A program made the position numbers and the translations under genes. Positions 57,466 to 64,000 of a stretch of 64,000 nt of DNA are shown one piece after another; the first letter of the stretch is position 1, and every line of letters begins with the position of its first letter. The notes beneath the pieces were generated by a model, which worked only from the letters and a program-made list of their open reading frames with translations, was not told the DNA's origin and did not search any database. Origin of the DNA: Eledone cirrhosa (lineage: Eukaryota); contig OZ024759.1 of NCBI GenBank assembly GCA_964016885.1, positions 21,266,001-21,330,000 on the forward strand, written 5' to 3'.

Positions 57466-59849
57466 TATATGTATATTTTTTTTACAGCATAGCTACGATG
57501 TTTCAGCAAAGCGAATGTTCGCTAAGCATCGTGAGAAAAGTAAGGATGTGTGTGTGACTTGTGAGCAAATGAATACATCATGTACATATATGTATGTGTA
57601 TATATAAATATATATATGCTATATATATTTGTATGTACGTATATATGTAAGTACTACGTACGTACGTAGTATTTACATATATATATTTTGTGTGTATATA
57701 TATATATATATATATGTGTGTGTATGTGTGTGTATAATGTGTGTATGTGTGTGTATGATTGTATATATGTTCGTAAATATATATATATGTGTGTGTGTGT
57801 ATATATATATATGTGTGTGTGTGTGTGTATATATTATGTATGTATGTATGTATATATATTCGTAAATATATATATGTGTGTGTGTTTCTTTACCTCTGTA
57901 CGTATTTTAAAAATATTTTAGTATTTTTTTTTCCACAGTATTTTCTTCAGTTCACTCTACTTGGTAACTGTCCTGTATGTAGCAGTTTTTAATAATCCTT
58001 TGAAATGGTAGGCAAATAATGAACTGGGCAAACTAAGAAGAAGCAGGCGTTCGTTTTTCAAATTCTGATATTCACGAATTGGCAAAAGAAATTAGTTATC
58101 TTTTTTTCTTTTTCTTTCTATTTCCTTCCTTTTCTTTCTTTTTCTTCGTCTCCTCCTCATGTACCGATAATACGGTGCAAAATGCAATGAATAAAGACAA
58201 ACAGACAGTGACAGACTGAGGTGTAGACAGAGAGAGAGAGAGAGAGAGAGAGGGGGAGATAGAGAGATAGACTGGTGGAAGATGGTGGCGGTCGGAGAGA
58301 GAGAGATTGGCAGACAGAGCTGAAGGGGGAGAGAGGAGGAAGAAAGGAGATTGGGTGGTGTGGCGTACAGTGAGAGAGAGAGAGAGAGAAAGAGACTGAC
58401 GGAAGATGGTGGCGAACGGAGAGAGATTGGCAGACTGAGGTAGAGGGGGAGAGGGAGAAAAAGATGGGGGGGGGCTTACAGTGAGAAAGAGAGAGAGACT
58501 GACGGAAGATGGTGGCGGATGGAGAAAGACGAGAGACAGGCAGAGAGAGGGGGAGAGGAAGAGATGGAGAGGTGTGGCGCAGAGAGAGAGAGGGGAGGGA
58601 GAAAGGAGACGGGGAGGTGTGATGCAGAGAGGGAAAGAGAAAGACTGACAGAAGATGGACGGAGTGACAGAGAGAAAGAGAGAGAAAGAGAGACGGACGG
58701 ACGGACGGACGGACGGTCGACGGCGTTAAATTCCCCCCGAGATCAAATCCCACGCTGTGTTTCTTTCGTATTTCCTGCACACAGTGAAAGAAGAGATCGA
58801 AGGGAGGAAGGAAACAATCGATCGATAATGTAAAAATCAAATCAAATCAATTCAAATCGAATCGAATCGAATCGGCATCTCAAAGTCAGTGGAAATTATT
58901 AATATGTCGGATGGCAAAAAAGAGAAAGAGAGAGAGAAGGAGGAGAAAGAGAAGGAGGAAGAGAATGAGGAGGAAGAGGTTGTTCCCAAAATCTTTCTAT
59001 TTTCTTTCTTTTTATATTTCCAAAGGAAGTCTCGATTTTTCAGCAGTATATCATAACAGCATTTCTTGTTGTTGTTGTTGTCGTCGTTGTTATAGTTGTT
59101 GTTGTTGTTGACATTATTAATAATTGGTTGGTTAGTTAATTAATTAATTCGATAATTAGTTATTAATAATGTCATTGTTGTTGTTCTGGTTATTATTGTC
59201 ATTTTCTCACGGTATTGTTATTGTCGTTGGCGGTTGTGGTGGTTGTTGTTGCTCGTGGTGGTGAGATCGCTGTGGTTGGTTTTTCTGCTTTATAATGATG
59301 ACGATAATTAGTTATTATAATAGTAATTAACAACAGTAATAATAATAACAGTAATAACAATGATAATGGTAACAATAATCAGTGATTTGTTTGTTGATAG
59401 TTGTAGTTCCACAGTAGTTGCGGCGGTAAATAATTATTTTTGCTTGTTTTATCAGGTTGGCTTGATATCAAAAGCAATTTGTAGTAGTAGTAGTAGTAGT
59501 AGTAGTAGTTGTGGTTGTTGTAGTTGTCTTAGTAGTTGTTGTTGTTGTCGTAGTTGTTGTTGTTGTTGTTGTTTCTTTTAAGAAGTGTTGCTGTAAATAT
59601 TATTTTTGCTCTAGTAACTACTGGTTTGATGTTGTTGCTGCTACTGCTGCTACTATTACTACTGCTGCTGCTGCTGTTACTACTACTCCTGCTGCTACTG
59701 ATGTTGTTGTTGTTGCTGCTATTGCTGATGCTGCTGCTGCTGCTTTTGTAGTAGTGGTGGTAGTAGTAGTGGTGGTGGTGGTGGTAGTAGTAGTTATTGT
59801 GGTTCGTTTTTAATTTTTTTTTTTCCCCTATTATTTGCCCCAGTGACTG

Positions 59850-60620
59850 ATGTTACTGCTGCTACTACTACTGCTACTACTGTTGCTGCTGCTACTACTA
59901 TTGCTGCTACTACTACTACTGTTGCTGCTACTATTGCTACGACTACTGTTACGACTACTGTTGGTACTACTACCACCACTGCTGCTACTACTACAGCTCC
60001 TACTATTGCTACTACCACTATTACTACAGCTATTACTGTTACTGCTGCTACCACTATTATTACAGCTACTACTACTACTACAGCTACTATTATTACTACT
60101 GCTATTACTACTACTACCACAGCTACCGTTACTACTACTGTTACTACTACAGCTACTACAGCTACCGCTATTACTACTACAGCTACTACTGTTAATACTA
60201 CTACAGCTACCGCTATTACTACTACAGCTACTACTGCTACTACTATTACTACTACAGCTATTACTACTACAGCTACTACTGCTACTACTATTACTACTAC
60301 TGCTACCGCTACTACTACAGCTACTACTGTTAGGGCTACTACTACTACAGCTACCGCTATTACTACTACAGCTACCGCTATTACTACTACTACTACTACA
60401 GCTACCGCTACTACTACAGCTACCGCTATTACTACTACTACTACTACTACTACAGCTACCGCTACTACTGCTACTACTACTATTGCTACTACTACTGCTA
60501 CAGCTACTGCTACTACTACTACAGCTACTGCTGCTACTGCTACTACTACAGCTACTACTGCTACCACTACTACTGCTACTACTGCTACTACTACTACTAC
60601 TACTGCTACCACTACTACTG

Positions 60621-60652
<32 letters not shown>

Positions 60653-61217
60653 GCTACTGCTACTCCAGCCGAGAGCAACGATTCAGCGACAACTTACTAA
60701 CAAGGTACAATATAATTATAATGACAACCCACTTATCGATATCGTTTCAGTATCGATATCAGATATAAGAAGCTAAGTAACAACAACAGTAACAACAGCA
60801 ATAACAGCTACAACCGAAACAACAAGCATGCCGGTGGTGGTGGTGGTGGTGGTGGTGGTGGTGGTGATAGTGTTGTTGGTGGTGGTGGTGTTGCTGTTGC
60901 TGTTGTTGTTGGTGGTGGTGGTGGTGGTGATAGTGTTGGTGGTGGTGGTGGTGTTGCTGTTGCTGTTGTTGTTGGTGGTGGTGGTGGTGGTGTTGTTGGT
61001 GGTGGTGATAGTGTTGTTGGTGGTGGTGGTGTTGTTGTTGGTGGTGGTGGTGGTGGTGTTGTTGCTGTTGGTGGTGTTGTTGGTGTTGGTGGTGGTGGTG
61101 GTGTTGTTGTTGTTGTTGGTGTTGGTGGTGTAGCTGCTGTTGTTAGTGGTGGTGTTGGTGGTGTAGCTGCTGTTGTTAGTGGTGGTGTTGCTGTTGTTGG
61201 TGGTGGTGGTGTTGCTG

Positions 61218-61249
<32 letters not shown>

Positions 61250-61500
61250 GTTGCTGTTGTTGTTGTTGGTGGTGGTGGTGATAGTGTTCTTGGTGGTGGT
61301 GTTGCTGTTGTTGTTGGTGGTGGTGGTGGTGTTGCTGTTGTATTGTTGTTGGTGGTGGTGTTGCTGTTGTGTTGTTGTTGGTGGTGGTGGTGTTGCTGTT
61401 GTTGTTGGTGGTGGCGGTGGTGTATGGTGGTGATGGTGCAGCTGTTGGTGGTGGCAGTGTTGTTGTTGTTGTTGGTGGTGGTGGGCAGGTAATACTAGTA
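59850..61500. repeat. Trinucleotide (ACT/GCT, GGT/GTT) low-complexity tracts
   Basis: Direct inspection. Confidence 0.9.
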
Positions 61501-61672
61501 CTTGGTAATAATAGAAAGTGCTGATTGAAATGGTGTTTAGTAGTGGTAACATATATATACAGAGAGAGAGACAGAGAGCCATTTATACGCATATGTATAT
61601 ATGTATATATACACACATATATGTATATGTATATACGTAGATGTATGTGTAAATGTATATATATATATATAT

Positions 61673-61772
61673 AACAAAGGAATTGTGGTAAGGAACCAGA
61701 TGGACCATAATTTAGTTCAGAAATAGCCGTCGAAACGGCTTTAGCTCTGCCGTCGGGGTCATACTTTTTCCA
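61673..61772 (-). mobile_element. Family A copy with internal deletion (tail end joined to distal arm)
   Basis: gtggtaaggaaccagatggaccataa is joined to tagccgtcgaaacggc..gccgtcggggtc. Confidence 0.65.
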
Positions 61773-61884
61773 ATATATATATATAAATATATATATACGT
61801 AGGTCCCGGGTTGAGTCGGGGATAACCACAGTAAGTAAGGTACTCAATACATGGCAGAGTAAAATATATATATACAATAAATAA

Positions 61885-61926
<42 letters not shown>

Positions 61927-61999
61927 GCATATGTATGTGTAAATGTATATATATATTTATAGGTATGTTTGTATATATATACACATATATGTTTGTATA

Positions 62000-62146
62000 T
62001 CTTCTTCTTCTTCGCCCACATATTCCTGAGAGGGACGTGGGGGTAGAGTCCTCAAACACTCCTTTCAGTGGGTCCTATCAGAAGCAACCGGATCCAACTG
62101 GAACAACGGCTGGATCCCCAGACGAGATCAGCCAAGCTCATGGATG
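62000..62146 (-). mobile_element. RTE LINE extreme 3' fragment (same family as 30669-31345)
   Basis: Sequence similarity to 30669-30800, including the cttcttcttcgccca tail. Confidence 0.75.
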
Positions 62147-62204
62147 TATATATACATATTTATATTTATTTGTATATGTATGTAAATATATATATGATTA
62201 TGTA

Positions 62205-62237
<33 letters not shown>

Positions 62238-62315
62238 CTATATATAGATATATATTTTTGTATATGTATGTAAATATATATATGATTATGTATCTCTCTC
62301 TCTCTCTCTCTCTCT

Positions 62316-62362
<47 letters not shown>

Positions 62363-62363
<1 letters not shown>

Positions 62364-62553
62364 CGAGGGAAAAGTGGTAAGGAACCAGGTGGACCATAAC
62401 GCACCAAAGTACTCAATACTTAGGGTAGTAGAGTGGGTAATAGGAGTAAGTAAGACCCCGACGGCTGAGCTCAAGCCGTTTCGACGGCTAATTCTCACAG
62501 AATTAGCCGTCGAAACGGCTTGAGCTCAGCCGTCGGGGTCTTACTTACTCCTA
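62363..62553 (-). mobile_element. Fold-back element family A, near-identical to 4271-4462, in opposite orientation
   Basis: Tail 62363-62440 is followed by palindrome 62441-62553. By eye it differs from the 4271 copy only at the apex. Flanked by (TA)n. Confidence 0.8.
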
Positions 62554-62893
62554 TATATATATATATATATATTTGCATATGTATATATGGGTGAGAGAGA
62601 GAGACAGACAGATAGAGAGGGATATATAGAGAGAGATACTTAATCATATATATTTACATACATATTCAAATATATATATAGTTGTATATATGTGTAGTGT
62701 TTTATTATATACTAGACCACTTAAAAATGATTAAAATATACTCAGATATGTATATAATGTGAAATGAAACTGGAAGATTCATATATATACGTGTTTGTAT
62801 GTATATATATATATACATGTGTGTGTGGATGCCTGTGATCTATATACACTGGTCATAGACACACACACAGATACACACAGATACACATACACA

Positions 62894-63074
<181 letters not shown>

Positions 63075-63723
63075 TCACACACACACTCACATATATATAT
63101 ACACAACAACACCACCAGCTCTCTCTTCCATTCTGCTTCTCTGTCTCCTCACCCTCTCTTTCAATCTACTCTGTCACAACCACTATCTCTTCCTCCCTAT
63201 CAAGCAAGCAATCACACAGACTTTTAGTAATATATAGATTTCTAGCAATATTATGACAATACCCTCTCCATATATATATGTATATAATTCGTTTTTGTAT
63301 TTCTTTTGCAAGATTTCTTATCTGAATACGTGTGTTGAAACAAATGTTGGTATACTTTGGGAGAGTCATGCTGCCAATAAATATACACGCACCTGTTGTT
63401 TTCACTTCAATTTGTTAGAAATTTCCAGTTGGTTGGTTTGTTTATTTGGTGTCGCATTCTGTGTCCTACTCAGTGACAGATTTATTTTGTATTCCTCCTT
63501 TGTTCTGTCCGACATCAAATTAAATTAGTCATAGAGTAGGTCACAGAATGTGTGACGAAAGAGCTTTGACAAAAAATAAACAACCACCCATTTATTAAAC
63601 AAACCAACTGGAAATTTGTAATTTATATATATAGTTATATATATAAATATATTTATATATTTATATATATATAAATATATATATTTATATCTATATAAAT
63701 ATATATATTTATATATATAAATA

Positions 63724-63785
<62 letters not shown>

Positions 63786-63941
63786 AATATATATATTTAT
63801 ATATATATATTTATATATAAATATATATATTTATATATATAAATATTTATATATAAATATATATATTTATATATATAAATATATATATTTATATATATAT
63901 TTATATATATAAATATATATATTTATATATATAAATATATT

Positions 63942-64000
<59 letters not shown>

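Noticed and set aside
59843-60700. Thr/Ala-rich mucin- or antifreeze-like ORF
   Set aside because: Trinucleotide tract open in several frames. No ATG, signal peptide or evident splice context.

Overview
This is AT-rich, microsatellite-saturated animal genomic DNA. The SINE repertoire and (TA)n/(CA)n density suggest an octopod cephalopod (inference). There is one 200-N scaffold gap at 48824-49023. Almost all ORF-track entries are translations of simple repeats. The single recognisable host gene is the first coding exon of an Msx/msh homeobox gene on the minus strand (54964-53124). It carries SAFSKP, two eh1-like motifs ([17 protein letters not shown]) and FPWL..SPQPR, followed by a phase-1 GTAAGT donor. 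The exon is hugely expanded with homopeptides and broken by two apparent 1-nt homopolymer deletions. I could not find the homeobox exon, so 1-53123 is probably intron. That region holds many tRNA-derived SINEs, RTE and Tx1/L1-like LINE fragments and minisatellites. It also holds a set of short fold-back (palindrome plus one-sided tail) elements inserted in (TA)n tracts. Several of these carry complete or half type I hammerhead ribozyme motifs, and in several the palindrome apex falls exactly in hammerhead stem II. This points to Penelope-like/retrozyme-type elements integrating by hairpin self-priming (inference).
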